NCBI GenBank assembly: GCA_030637655.1
Contig: DAOWGI010000007.1
Span: 1 to 64,000, forward strand
DNA length: 64,000 nt
Reading direction: 5' to 3'
Source: a candidate division FCPU426 bacterium
Lineage (GTDB): Bacteria; Oederibacteriota; JAAXVQ01; JAUVAV01
Part shown: in pieces, positions 54,572 through 64,000 of the stretch
Layout: every line of letters begins with the position of its first letter
Numbering within the stretch: position 1 is the first letter of the stretch
Program-made: the position numbers and the translations under genes
The notes under the pieces: generated by a model
Database searches by the model: none
Seen by the model: the letters and a program-made list of their open reading frames with translations, nothing else
What the model was told of the DNA's origin: nothing

Positions 54572-56323
54572 ATGAAACAGCCGCGGTTTTTACCCATGAC
54601 AAAGCAGGAAATACATGAACAGGGTTGGCAGGAACTCGATGTTCTGCTCATCTCCGGAGATGCGTATGTGGATCATCCCAGTTTTGGTGTCGCTCTCATT
54701 GGGCGGCATCTGGTCCAACAGGGATTTCGTGTGGGTATTATTGCTCAACCCAATTGGCAAGATCCAAAATCAGTGGCAGGCCTGGGACGACCCCGTTTGT
54801 TTGCCGGTATCACTGCCGGTGCCATGGATTCCATGGTTTCCAATTATACGGCCAATAAAAAACTGCGCCGAAACGATGCCTACGCTCCAGAAGGCAATTA
54901 TGGACTCCGGCCCAATCGCGCTTCCATTATATATACCAACCTCTGTAAACAAAATTTTCCCGGCTTGCCGATTGTCTTGGGCGGAATTGAAGCAAGTATG
55001 CGGCGTCTGGCGCATTATGATTACTGGGAAGACAAAATTCGCAGATCCCTGTTGCTGGATTCTAAGGCGGATATCTTAGTATATGGTATGGGAGAACGTC
55101 CGGTTGTTGAGATCGCAAAACGCCTTTCCGTAGGGGTAAATGATATTGTAGGGGCACGATGCTTGTCCGACATCGCTTTAGCGAAGTCGGATGCCGTGCC
55201 CCTACTTGATAACATTCCACAGACGGTTATTGTCCGTTCTCATATTGTAGGGGCGCAGCAAGCAGCGCCCCTACCGTCTTATGAAGACATTTTGAAGGAT
55301 AAAAATCTCCTGGCCAAGGCCGCACTCATTGCGGAAAAAGAACATATAAGGGCACGGCATGCCGTGCCCCTACAGCAAATGCACGGCAACAGATTTGTTA
55401 TAATCCAGCCACCTGCTGCACCTCTCACCACCAAAGAAATGGACAACCTCTACTCACTGCCCTTCACGCGAAAAGCACATCCGATCTATACGAAAAAAAT
55501 TCCGGCTTTGGAACCAGTGGTCAATTCAATTGTCACGCACCGGGGTTGTTTTGGGGGCTGTTCGTTCTGCGCCTTAGGTGCGCATCAAGGAAAGATCATC
55601 CAATCCCGCAGCCAACAATCTATTCTGGCTGAGATTAAAAGCATTACAAAATTAAAAACCTTTCATGGAACCATCACAGACCTGGGAGGACCGAGTGCCA
55701 ACATGTATGCCCTGGTGTGCCAACGGCCGCAAGGCCCCTGTTCCCGGCCCTCATGTCTCTATCCCGGCATCTGCCGGCATTTGTCCACATCGCATCAAAC
55801 TCAGATCAAACTCTTAAAAGCAGCCAAACAGGTGCCCGGTGTAAAACATGTGTTTGTCGCCTCCGGCATCCGCTATGATCTGGCCCTACAGGACCCGAAT
55901 TACATTCGCACCCTGATTACCGGCAAGCATGTCAGCGGTACCATTAAAATCGCGCCCGAGCATACAGAACCAACGGTGTTAAAGCTCATGCGCAAGCCTG
56001 ATATAAAAGTCTGCGAGGAATTCATCACACATTATCGCAAAATTGCCAAGCAACACGGTCAAACGGCATATGCCACTGCCTATTTTATTACCAGCTTTCC
56101 CGGCAGCGATATGAAAGACATGCAACATGTCAGGCAGTTTGCCCAACAGCAACAACTGCGTATCGAACAAATGCAGGACTTTATTCCTTTACCCCTGACC
56201 TTGGCGGGCATTATGTATTATACCGAAAAAAACCCCTGGACAGGCGAACCGCTACGCATTGTCAAAACGCATCAGGCCAGGGCTAAACAGAGACGCATGT
56301 TATTAGACAAAATCCAATTGTAG
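54572..56323 (+). CDS. ygiQ: YgiQ-family (UPF0313) radical SAM protein with intragenic REPs
   Basis: GDAYVDHPSFG, GGIEASMRR.AHYDYW, RGCFGGCSFC, DLGGPSANMY and SGIRYD. Start uncertain (54551 or 54572). Confidence 0.9.
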   Translation: MKQPRFLPMTKQEIHEQGWQELDVLLISGDAYVDHPSFGVALIGRHLVQQGFRVGIIAQPNWQDPKSVAGLGRPRLFAGITAGAMDSMVSNYTANKKLRRNDAYAPEGNYGLRPNRASIIYTNLCKQNFPGLPIVLGGIEASMRRLAHYDYWEDKIRRSLLLDSKADILVYGMGERPVVEIAKRLSVGVNDIVGARCLSDIALAKSDAVPLLDNIPQTVIVRSHIVGAQQAAPLPSYEDILKDKNLLAKAALIAEKEHIRARHAVPLQQMHGNRFVIIQPPAAPLTTKEMDNLYSLPFTRKAHPIYTKKIPALEPVVNSIVTHRGCFGGCSFCALGAHQGKIIQSRSQQSILAEIKSITKLKTFHGTITDLGGPSANMYALVCQRPQGPCSRPSCLYPGICRHLSTSHQTQIKLLKAAKQVPGVKHVFVASGIRYDLALQDPNYIRTLITGKHVSGTIKIAPEHTEPTVLKLMRKPDIKVCEEFITHYRKIAKQHGQTAYATAYFITSFPGSDMKDMQHVRQFAQQQQLRIEQMQDFIPLPLTLAGIMYYTEKNPWTGEPLRIVKTHQARAKQRRMLLDKIQL

Positions 56324-56469
56324 AGGCACCCTGCGGGTGCCCTTCTCGATCTTGCGGGCGCCCTTCCGGTTTTTTCACGCACGCCTATTTTCAGGGCACC
56401 CGTAAAGGGTGCCCCTACGGTTTTTTTACGCATGCCTGTTTTCAGGGCACCCGTAAAGGGTGCCCCTAC
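56320..56469. repeat. REP cluster with a ~51-bp tandem duplication between convergent genes
   Basis: GTAGAGGCACCC...; CAGGGCACCCGTAAAGGGTGCCCCTAC twice (to 56418 and 56469). Confidence 0.85.
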
Positions 56470-56510
56470 AATTAGCGGATATCACGGCTTGAATTTGTTT
56501 CTTCATGTTT

Positions 56511-57491
56511 TTATTTTTCCCTGAAATGCCGGAGTGCTGCCTGCAGTACCTCTTCAGCAGAAAGATCTGTAACAATTCCTGTAGACGCTTTAACCAATGC
56601 ATGCTGTGCGAGCGGATAGGGATGCCATTCAGCAATGGGTTCATCGGTCCACAGGGTCAAAGTCTTGGCGCCCACGGCTACTGCCACATGCTTGGGACCT
56701 GAATCAGCTGTGATCACGCCCTGGCTCCTGGTCATTAAAGCGCCGGCTTCTTTAATCCCATGGTTAAAGACCACAGGACGACACTTGGCTGTACGGCTGA
56801 TGGTCCGGGTCAATTCCTCATCCTCCGGCCCGGACAACAGAATACAGGTAGGGGCACAAAATTTTGTGCCCCTACTGATGTTATCCAAAAATTCAATTGC
56901 CGCCTCGGCGGTCCAGCGTTTACGATCTTTTCCAGCACCAGGTGCCAATATCCAAAACGGTTTATCATTCGCCAGGTTGTTTTGCGCCAAAAAAGAATCC
57001 GCCTTCGCATGATCTTCTTTTTTCAAGGGAAAGACTAAATCCTCACCTGCATCCGGGACACCCAAGGCCCGCACTGCATCCAGATCCCGTTGTATGGTTG
57101 ACTTGGATTCTTTTTTCGCTGTAATCGGAATAGTGCTAAAAAAATTGTTTCCACTGTGATTGTGCGCCACACGCTGTTTAGTTCCAGTGGCGTATGCCAT
57201 CAGGGCAGTGCGAAAAGAAGCGTGCAGAGCAAGTACCAGATCATACTTGGACCGGTTTAATTTAAGTAAATATTTCAGACCATACCACATGCTTTTCCGC
57301 TCATACACAAATATCCGGTCAATGTCCGGATTGCCTTCCAGCACTGCTTTCCCGGCCGGAGAGACCAGCACTGTGATTCTTGCTTCCGGATAAGCACGTC
57401 GCAGGGCACGCAAAGCCGGTGTGGCCAACAGCGTATCTCCCATGGCCCTTACTTTGATCACTAGCATGTTATTACTTAGTATTTTTTTCAT
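56511..57491 (-). CDS. Glycosyltransferase family 9 (heptosyltransferase-like)
   Basis: AMGDTLLATP, APGAG..KRW and ADSGPKHVA. Confidence 0.88.
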   Translation of the reverse strand: MKKILSNNMLVIKVRAMGDTLLATPALRALRRAYPEARITVLVSPAGKAVLEGNPDIDRIFVYERKSMWYGLKYLLKLNRSKYDLVLALHASFRTALMAYATGTKQRVAHNHSGNNFFSTIPITAKKESKSTIQRDLDAVRALGVPDAGEDLVFPLKKEDHAKADSFLAQNNLANDKPFWILAPGAGKDRKRWTAEAAIEFLDNISRGTKFCAPTCILLSGPEDEELTRTISRTAKCRPVVFNHGIKEAGALMTRSQGVITADSGPKHVAVAVGAKTLTLWTDEPIAEWHPYPLAQHALVKASTGIVTDLSAEEVLQAALRHFREK

Positions 57492-57506
57492 GATGTGTGC
57501 AGTGTG

Positions 57507-58553
57507 TCAGACTTTTTTATTTTTCAGCATCTCGTTTACTTTTTCACATACTTGGGCCACAGTGATATTCCGCATGCATTTCATGTTTTTTTTCGGACAC
57601 TCATTCCGGACGCAGGGTGAACAAGCCAAATTCGCATCCCGGATAATAGCGCTATGTTTGCCAAAAGGTCCGGTCACTTGATGGTCTGCCGCCCCTTGTA
57701 AAACCAGGACCAAAACACCTTGAGCATAGGCCATGTGCATAGCTCCGGAATCATTGCTGACCACCAGGTCCATACGCTTTATCATCGCAAGCCCCAGACG
57801 CAAACTGGTCCGGCCGGCAAACACTTGCGGTTTGCGCTCCGATTTTTTAGCCACTTTTTCAGCAATGCTTTGGTCCTGGGGACTTCCCAAGAGCACGACC
57901 TGATGTCCCTGTTTCTGTAAACAATCCGCCAGCTGCGCATATCGCTCCACCGGCCATCTCCTGGACAACGCAACTGACCCCGGCGCCAACCCAATGCGGT
58001 ATTTCTTTTTTTTCTTAGCCAAAAGAGCATCTGCTTGTGCCATTTCTTCAGCGCTTACTCTTACCGTAAAATTCCATTCCTGGCACAAATCCACATCCGC
58101 GCCGGACCTGCGCGCCAGATTTAGATATATTTTCGGTCGCGGCCAATGATACAGACTCTTGCTCCAGGGTACCCGGTTGGTTAATAGCCGGCCCCGTTGC
58201 CCGGTAGCATACCCGATTCTCTTTTTACAACCTGCCCATAGGGCCAACCAGGCAGAAGAAAAAGAATTCGGCAGAATAATACTTAATGTGTATTTCTGTG
58301 CGCGTAAACGGCACACCAGCGCGAACCAGGCCGCAAGCCCCTTCTTTTCCTGTTTATCCTGAACAATTACCTGATCCACTTGCGGATGCAAGGCCCAGAC
58401 CGGCGCTACCCAGGATTTGGCCAGCACATGAATCTGACAAGTTGGATTGGTCCGTTTCAGCGCGTTTGGAACCGGGGTGGCCATAATGGCATCCCCCACC
58501 CAATTAGGACTGCGAAGTAATATTTTCTGCGGCTGTTTCTGATTCAGCAACAT
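57507..58553 (-). CDS. waaF: LPS heptosyltransferase II
   Basis: RSPNWVGDAIM, LPNSFSSA, SNDSGAMH and CSPC..ECP. Confidence 0.85.
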   Translation of the reverse strand: MLLNQKQPQKILLRSPNWVGDAIMATPVPNALKRTNPTCQIHVLAKSWVAPVWALHPQVDQVIVQDKQEKKGLAAWFALVCRLRAQKYTLSIILPNSFSSAWLALWAGCKKRIGYATGQRGRLLTNRVPWSKSLYHWPRPKIYLNLARRSGADVDLCQEWNFTVRVSAEEMAQADALLAKKKKKYRIGLAPGSVALSRRWPVERYAQLADCLQKQGHQVVLLGSPQDQSIAEKVAKKSERKPQVFAGRTSLRLGLAMIKRMDLVVSNDSGAMHMAYAQGVLVLVLQGAADHQVTGPFGKHSAIIRDANLACSPCVRNECPKKNMKCMRNITVAQVCEKVNEMLKNKKV

Positions 58554-58556
58554 GAT

Positions 58557-59354
58557 TTAGTTTTTCCTCTTTAGTAATGTTTGCAAAACCGGCAGAATTT
58601 CACCCTGTTGTTTCCAGTACTCCCAGACCTTGGCCTCGCTACTGAAAATGTATGCCGCTGAGAAACAATGAAAAAGCAGGCCGGGTAATCCATCCAGAAT
58701 CCCTCCCTGGAACAGATAGGCCTTTAAAAAACGGTGAATTGGTTTAAGCAGGATATCATACCCGGTTGGCCGGTGCTGCTGCGTTATTAAGCGCTTGGCT
58801 TCCACGGATGTGTAGGTGTTAAATTTTTGAAAATAATGCTGAATGTCCCGGTAGGAAAAATGTAGAATATCGCCCTGCAAGCGATCCGTTTCACCATCCA
58901 CCTGAATACCGCGATGCAGACCAACTTCCGGATACGATCCCAGTTCTCTCCGAAAAAAACGCAAATGCAAATCCGGATACAGTTTGCCGTGTTTCAACCA
59001 GCGTCCAAAATGATAATTGCGAATCCCTACCCAATAGCCGGCTTTGGCTTGGGAATCGTCCTTTAATTGCAATAGTGTTTTTTGCAATTCCGGAGTTATC
59101 CGTTCATCCGCGTCCAAAATAAAAACCCAGTCCCCTTGCAATTGGGTCAAACCAAAAACCCGCGCCGGCTCCGGATAACCGTAGTAACCGTGATAATACA
59201 CCACCCGGGCACCCGTTGTCTGAGCAATTGCCACGGTCTGATCCGTACTGTCATTGTCCACCACCACGATTTCATCGGCAAACCGCAAGGATTCCAAACA
59301 ATCCGGCAGATTCTTTTCTTCGTTGTAGGTATGCACTACGGCTGTTATAGTCAT
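58557..59354 (-). CDS. GT2 LPS glycosyltransferase (WaaE/KdtX-like)
   Basis: YNEEKN, DNDSTDQT, LDADER, GILDG.PG. Confidence 0.88.
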   Translation of the reverse strand: MTITAVVHTYNEEKNLPDCLESLRFADEIVVVDNDSTDQTVAIAQTTGARVVYYHGYYGYPEPARVFGLTQLQGDWVFILDADERITPELQKTLLQLKDDSQAKAGYWVGIRNYHFGRWLKHGKLYPDLHLRFFRRELGSYPEVGLHRGIQVDGETDRLQGDILHFSYRDIQHYFQKFNTYTSVEAKRLITQQHRPTGYDILLKPIHRFLKAYLFQGGILDGLPGLLFHCFSAAYIFSSEAKVWEYWKQQGEILPVLQTLLKRKN

Positions 59355-59357
59355 CGG

Positions 59358-60511
59358 CTAGGCTTGTATTACTTGAGCATAAAAAGTTTCATACGCTTTC
59401 ACCATAGTGCTGTGATCAAAGCGTTCTTGTACACGTATTCGCGCTGTCTCACCCATTTGCATGCGTTCCATTGGATGACACATCAGATAATGAATGGCTT
59501 CAGCTAAAGCTTCCGGATCTTGGGGCGGTACCAAGAGCCCGGTCTCATGCGGCGTGACAATTTCCGGAGCACCTCCGCAATTAGTGGCAATCACCGGCAC
59601 CCCCCGGGCCATGGCTTCGATCATTACCAGACCAAAGGGCTCACAATCACTGGGTAATACGAAAATATCCAGCGCGGACATAAATTTTCCGATGTCCTCC
59701 ATAAATCCCGTGTATTTCAACGCTCCCATGGTACGTAAAATACTTCCGCGCATCCATAGCAAAGTGGCATAGGCAGCATCCTGCGCATACGCTTTGCCTC
59801 CTAAAAAAAAACGGGTTCCGGGATTCCAATCATGTACCATTTCACAAGCAGCAATAAAATATGGGAAACCTTTATTCGGACGCCAAATGCCTGTGGTTCC
59901 TATGATTGGCACATCATAATCATAACCAAATTCTTCCCGCAAGCTGGAAGGAAACTCACGCTTCACCTGGGTATTAGTACTGCAATAAATCAATTGGCAT
60001 TTTTCCTTAGGAATACCGTAGCCTGACAGCAGCTGTTGCACATATTGGGAAATACAAATAAAAGTATGCGTTTTCTTGGCCAAACGCCGTATGTTACGAG
60101 CTACATATCCGTTTTTTCTTTTGCTCATGGAGCCACCAACCATACCATGGGTATTTTTGCCCGCTTACAGGCATGGGCAGCCAGTTTGGCTTCCTGTAAG
60201 CCGCTCACATGCACCAAACGAGCTGAAATTTCTTTAATATATTTGAAAAATGACCAGATAGCAGGCAGACTGATCCGCAAATACCGCAATTTTCCTTTGC
60301 CAAAGGGAATAATCTTCGGTGTGATACCGCGCAAGCGCACTTGCTCGGCAAATTGACCTTCCTGACAGCAGACTACATGCGGTGTAAAGCAGGTACGATC
60401 AAGCCCGTCAATAATGGTCAACAAATGAATCTGTCCTCCTCCCACGGTCCCATGATAATCAACAAAAACAATAGGTGCCGGCGAGGTAGTATTCTGAACT
60501 GATGTTTCCAT
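59358..60511 (-). pseudogene. GT4 glycosyltransferase split into two ORFs (60125..60511 and 59358..60128)
   Basis: N-part has GGGQ..L; C-part has KG, EPFGLVMIEAMARG. The junction is an ATGA overlap at 60125-28. Split gene versus frameshift is unresolved. Confidence 0.65.
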
Positions 60512-60750
60512 AACTTTTACCCAAAATGATATTTTTTTAATATGCCACCGCGAATTCCCCGGCCTTTAGGCCGGGGACCTTTCCGCGAAAACGAAAAGGC
60601 GGCATTTACCTTACTGTCCTACAGATCATATCCAATTCCCCGCTCTTCAGAGCAGGGTAATTGAACAGTTCGCTGGAATCTGCCAAGTTCCAAAACAAGA
60701 TTAAAAGTGTAGCAAGTATTATTCTGATTCACAAGCAGTGTTTTCATGTT

Positions 60751-61509
60751 TCAGCGTTTCGTCTGACGAGCTATTTCCCAATGTTTAGCGTGTTTTACCA
60801 GAGTATTCAGCGCAGATAAAATACACAGCGCAGTCCCTGGAAAACCATCACGCCAGCCTTGCTTCAATATCCACATTTTTATAAATGTCCACCCCGGATC
60901 GAAAAGCAGTCTGGGCCAGGAAAAACGTTTTCCGCGCGTTTGGCGATCCTGCGCAGCTAAAGTCGTATAGTGGTTGAGACGTGTAAAATAGTCTTCCAAG
61001 GTGGGATAGGTATAATGCTCCATGCGCTGCTTACACCTGCCCGTTTTTCCCTGAACCCGCAAGGCTTCATGTACCTGTTTTTCCTCAAAATGTCCCAGCC
61101 CGGCTCGAAATAAACGCAACTGCCAATCCGGACTCCAGCCACAATAGCGAATAGGCTGTCCCAAAAAATAATTCCTACGCATAATAGCATAGCCGTCTGC
61201 CGCTTCCGGCAGCGCGATTAGACCACAAATTTCCTGGCCCAACTCCGGTGTGATGACCTCATCGGAATCCACCGAGAGAATCCAACCGCTCGGAACGGAT
61301 TGGATAAGTTTGTTTTTTGTCTTTCCATATCCCTGCCAGACAATGGTTCGCACCTCTGCTCCGGCAGCCCGGGCCAAAGCTGCCGTCTTATCCTCGGAAT
61401 TGTTTTCGCCTACAATGATACGCGTACAAAAACGGAGAGCCTCCACGCATTTGGCAATGGTCTTTTCAGCGTCACGCGCTATGATAATCGCGGTCAAGGA
61501 TTCAAACAT
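60751..61509 (-). CDS. GT2 LPS glycosyltransferase
   Basis: IIARDAE, WQGYG, VDSDE, PDWQLRLF, VHE and GWRDG. Start re-placed at MFES. Confidence 0.88.
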   Translation of the reverse strand: MFESLTAIIIARDAEKTIAKCVEALRFCTRIIVGENNSEDKTAALARAAGAEVRTIVWQGYGKTKNKLIQSVPSGWILSVDSDEVITPELGQEICGLIALPEAADGYAIMRRNYFLGQPIRYCGWSPDWQLRLFRAGLGHFEEKQVHEALRVQGKTGRCKQRMEHYTYPTLEDYFTRLNHYTTLAAQDRQTRGKRFSWPRLLFDPGWTFIKMWILKQGWRDGFPGTALCILSALNTLVKHAKHWEIARQTKR

Positions 61510-62542
61510 TTTCTTTTTTTCCGGATCTTTTTTTTGGAATTGATCCCAACAACTCTTTCGCTGCTGCCGCCACTTCTGCCGGCAGAATTCGGCGCAGGCA
61601 ATTGTGATGCTGCAAAGGACAGGCAGCACTGCCATGCACTGAACACGGACGGCAGTCCATATCTCGAGCCAGAACACGGGCTTTGGGATGCGTAAGCGGA
61701 GCAAAACCAAACTGAGAGACGGTCGGGCCAAACAAGGCAATCACCGCGCAACCGGCAGCCAGTCCCAGATGCAGAGGGCCGGAATCATTGGCTACCAGCA
61801 CCGCTGCTGACTGTAGCAGTGCGGCTAAAGTAGGCAGGTTGGTTAACCCCGCCAAAGACAATGCCCTGTGTCCCAAGCTTTGAGCTGCTTTTTCGCATGT
61901 TTCGCGTTCTCTTCCGGTGCCGACAAAAACCGGAATGAGTCCCATATCCTGCCAAAGTTGTTCTGCAGTCTGAATAAAGTAGTCCAAAGGCCATTGCTTG
62001 GTTGCCCACTTGGCGCCTGGCGCAAACACCGCATAACGTTCTGATGGTTTGATTTTTGCTTTGTCCATAATTTGCTGAACTGCTGTTTTTTCCCACTCAG
62101 AGAACTCCAGGCGCGGCCAAGACTTGAGTTTGCCGTACCCGGCCTTAAGCGCTGCCTGGGCATACCAGTCCGTTACCTGTTCTTCTTCGGACAAATTCGA
62201 GAAGGCATTCCAAACCCGCGGTCTGCCTTTGCAGCTTACCAGCAATCGTCTGGCCATAGCTTTTTTATTATAATGAATCACACATTTCGCGGATATTTTT
62301 TGTATGACCCGGCGCGCGCGCAGGGTTCCATGCAAATCCAATATCAGATCGTACTTGGGCTTAGCATCAACTACTGCCGTAATGACCTGCTTAACACCTG
62401 GCAACATTTTTCCCACCGAAGCATAATCCGGATGAACCAGCAAATCCACCGCATGCCCTTTGTTTGCAATACTCTCGATTACCGGTTGTGTGAGTACAAT
62501 GTCACCTAAAGAACTCAGGCGCACAACCAATATATTTTTCAT
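61502..62542 (-). CDS. Glycosyltransferase family 9
   Basis: RLSSLGDIV, PGAKWATKQWP, NDSGPLH, FGPT and CRPCSVHG. Confidence 0.9.
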   Translation of the reverse strand: MKNILVVRLSSLGDIVLTQPVIESIANKGHAVDLLVHPDYASVGKMLPGVKQVITAVVDAKPKYDLILDLHGTLRARRVIQKISAKCVIHYNKKAMARRLLVSCKGRPRVWNAFSNLSEEEQVTDWYAQAALKAGYGKLKSWPRLEFSEWEKTAVQQIMDKAKIKPSERYAVFAPGAKWATKQWPLDYFIQTAEQLWQDMGLIPVFVGTGRERETCEKAAQSLGHRALSLAGLTNLPTLAALLQSAAVLVANDSGPLHLGLAAGCAVIALFGPTVSQFGFAPLTHPKARVLARDMDCRPCSVHGSAACPLQHHNCLRRILPAEVAAAAKELLGSIPKKRSGKKENV

Positions 62543-62548
62543 AGGGTT

Positions 62549-63631
62549 TTACCTTTCCTTGCCATGATACTCATCTTTTTTCCAGGTTTGCAGTTGTGCT
62601 TGCAAGTAGGGTCGAAAACCGTTGACTGGGGTCAAAAATTCAAACCTTACTTCCAAAACCCAACCCAAAAGTCTGGTTTTATCACAGTTTTCAAAGCGCA
62701 CGGCATCTTTGGTCGTCATAACCACTTCCGCTTGCAGTTGTTTTGCCTGTTGTTGCGCGCGCAAACAATCCGCTTCAGAATACCAGTGGTGATCAGGAAA
62801 TTTGATCTGCCCCACCACCTGAGCGCCCAATTTTTCCAGAGTCCGGACAAAACTTTCCGGACGGCCAATTCCGGAGACTGCCAACACACGCCGGTTTTGT
62901 AAATACTCCAATGGCTGACGCGAACTATCACGAAGTAAACTCACGGACTGGGGTGTATGTCCGGCAGTAAAAAAGGACTTACCGGAAAATTGTTTCTCAA
63001 TACGAGCGATTAGCCCGGGAGTCGCAAATTGATCCGCGCGTGTCAGCACAACACAATCCGCTTCTTTTACCAGTGCCAGGGGTTCACGCAGGCGTCCGGC
63101 CGGAAGTACGGCAGAGCCTCCAAACGGATCTGCTGCATCCAGTAGCACCACATCCAAATCACGAGCAACCTGATACCGGCGTTGAAAACCATCATCCAAC
63201 ACCAATACATCACAACCAAATTGTTGCGTTGCCAACCTGCCGGCAGTAATCCTATCCTTGCTTACCACTATTGGAACATCCGGCAAGCGTGTGGCCAGCA
63301 AATAGGGCTCATCACCAGCATCCTTAACATTAACTATTGGACCATCTTCACCCCTGGATACAACTACTACTGCCTCACGGTTTTTACGCCTATACCCCCG
63401 GGAAATAATTCCCGGTTTCCATCCCAGTTGTTGTAATTCTTGGCACAGGTAAGCCGTTAATTCGGTTTTACCGGTTCCGCCCACAGTGATGTTTCCCACT
63501 GAAATCACGGGTACAGCAAGCGCAACCGGCGCTTTACGACGCAACCAGAGACGCCGCAGGGCAATCACCGCGCCATACAACCAGCTTAAGAGAAGCAGCA
63601 GATAATTCACCTTACCATTCCGGCCAATCAT
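62549..63631 (-). CDS. lpxK: Tetraacyldisaccharide 4'-kinase
   Basis: SVGNITVGGTGKT, SRGY, GDEP, LDDGFQ, PAGRLREP and FPDHH. Confidence 0.95.
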   Translation of the reverse strand: MIGRNGKVNYLLLLLSWLYGAVIALRRLWLRRKAPVALAVPVISVGNITVGGTGKTELTAYLCQELQQLGWKPGIISRGYRRKNREAVVVVSRGEDGPIVNVKDAGDEPYLLATRLPDVPIVVSKDRITAGRLATQQFGCDVLVLDDGFQRRYQVARDLDVVLLDAADPFGGSAVLPAGRLREPLALVKEADCVVLTRADQFATPGLIARIEKQFSGKSFFTAGHTPQSVSLLRDSSRQPLEYLQNRRVLAVSGIGRPESFVRTLEKLGAQVVGQIKFPDHHWYSEADCLRAQQQAKQLQAEVVMTTKDAVRFENCDKTRLLGWVLEVRFEFLTPVNGFRPYLQAQLQTWKKDEYHGKER

Positions 63632-64000
63632 CCGGCAATGATTCTGGTTGCGTGTTATAAGCTGAAGCGTGCAGAGATTCCTGCCGCCATTTTCTCACTT
63701 CCCCGGCCCAGCGTTTGATCAACATCAATTTTTGCAGTAATTCTACGGTCTGCGTTGCTGTACCCTGACACGTGGAAACTGCTTGTTTGGCATGTTCACC
63801 CTGTTGTCGGGCTTGCTCAGGAGCTTTGAAAAGCTGAATCACTGCTTGGGCGAGATCATCCGTTTGGGTTACCACCGTAATACCCTGGTGTTGTAAAAGT
63901 ATTTGCGTCACCTCGGCAAAATGCTGCGTATGTGGACCAACCAAAACCGGAACCCCTAAAGCCGCGGGTTCCAATGGATTGTGTCCGCCAAAGGGCAGTA
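63612..64000 (-). CDS. waaA: Kdo transferase, C-terminal part (runs off the window)
   Basis: The frame continues to the edge as LPFGGHNPLEPAALGVPVLVGP; adjacent to lpxK. Confidence 0.88.
   Translation of the reverse strand, partial: LPFGGHNPLEPAALGVPVLVGPHTQHFAEVTQILLQHQGITVVTQTDDLAQAVIQLFKAPEQARQQGEHAKQAVSTCQGTATQTVELLQKLMLIKRWAGEVRKWRQESLHASAYNTQPESLPDDWPEW

Overview
Chromosomal window from a diderm (LPS-making) bacterium, probably an uncultured or candidate lineage. The lineage is an inference from Firmicutes-like gene order alongside lpxK/waaA/mla genes. Left part (1-25 kb): accessory and stress genes, including H-NOX, a DUF4956-CotH-VTC trio, nikR, a REP-associated tyrosine transposase (RAYT), a broken MNT-HEPN pair, and an ORF-lexA-small ORF-[AbiE-like cassette]-dinB SOS region with candidate GTTC-N7-GTTC-like boxes, then hsp20, thyA-folA, DJ-1 and murA. 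Centre: a 4629-aa secreted protein with YD/RHS-like ends and about 39 copies of a regular 54-aa repeat that I cannot assign to a family. Upstream of it lie a methyltransferase, a signal-peptide-bearing phage tail-fibre-like protein and a T9SS-CTD-like protein. Right part: housekeeping run rpsF-ssb-rpsR-DUF2232-rplI-dnaB-alr-mlaEFD-radA-PIN/TRAM-ispDF, a YgiQ radical SAM gene and an LPS cluster. The window is dense with GTAG-REPs and other micro-repeats. Some lie within intact ORFs, some supply stop codons, and a 21-nt CCTG-footed micro-element is inserted precisely into other repeats. All product calls come from motif recognition by eye; no database searches were run.
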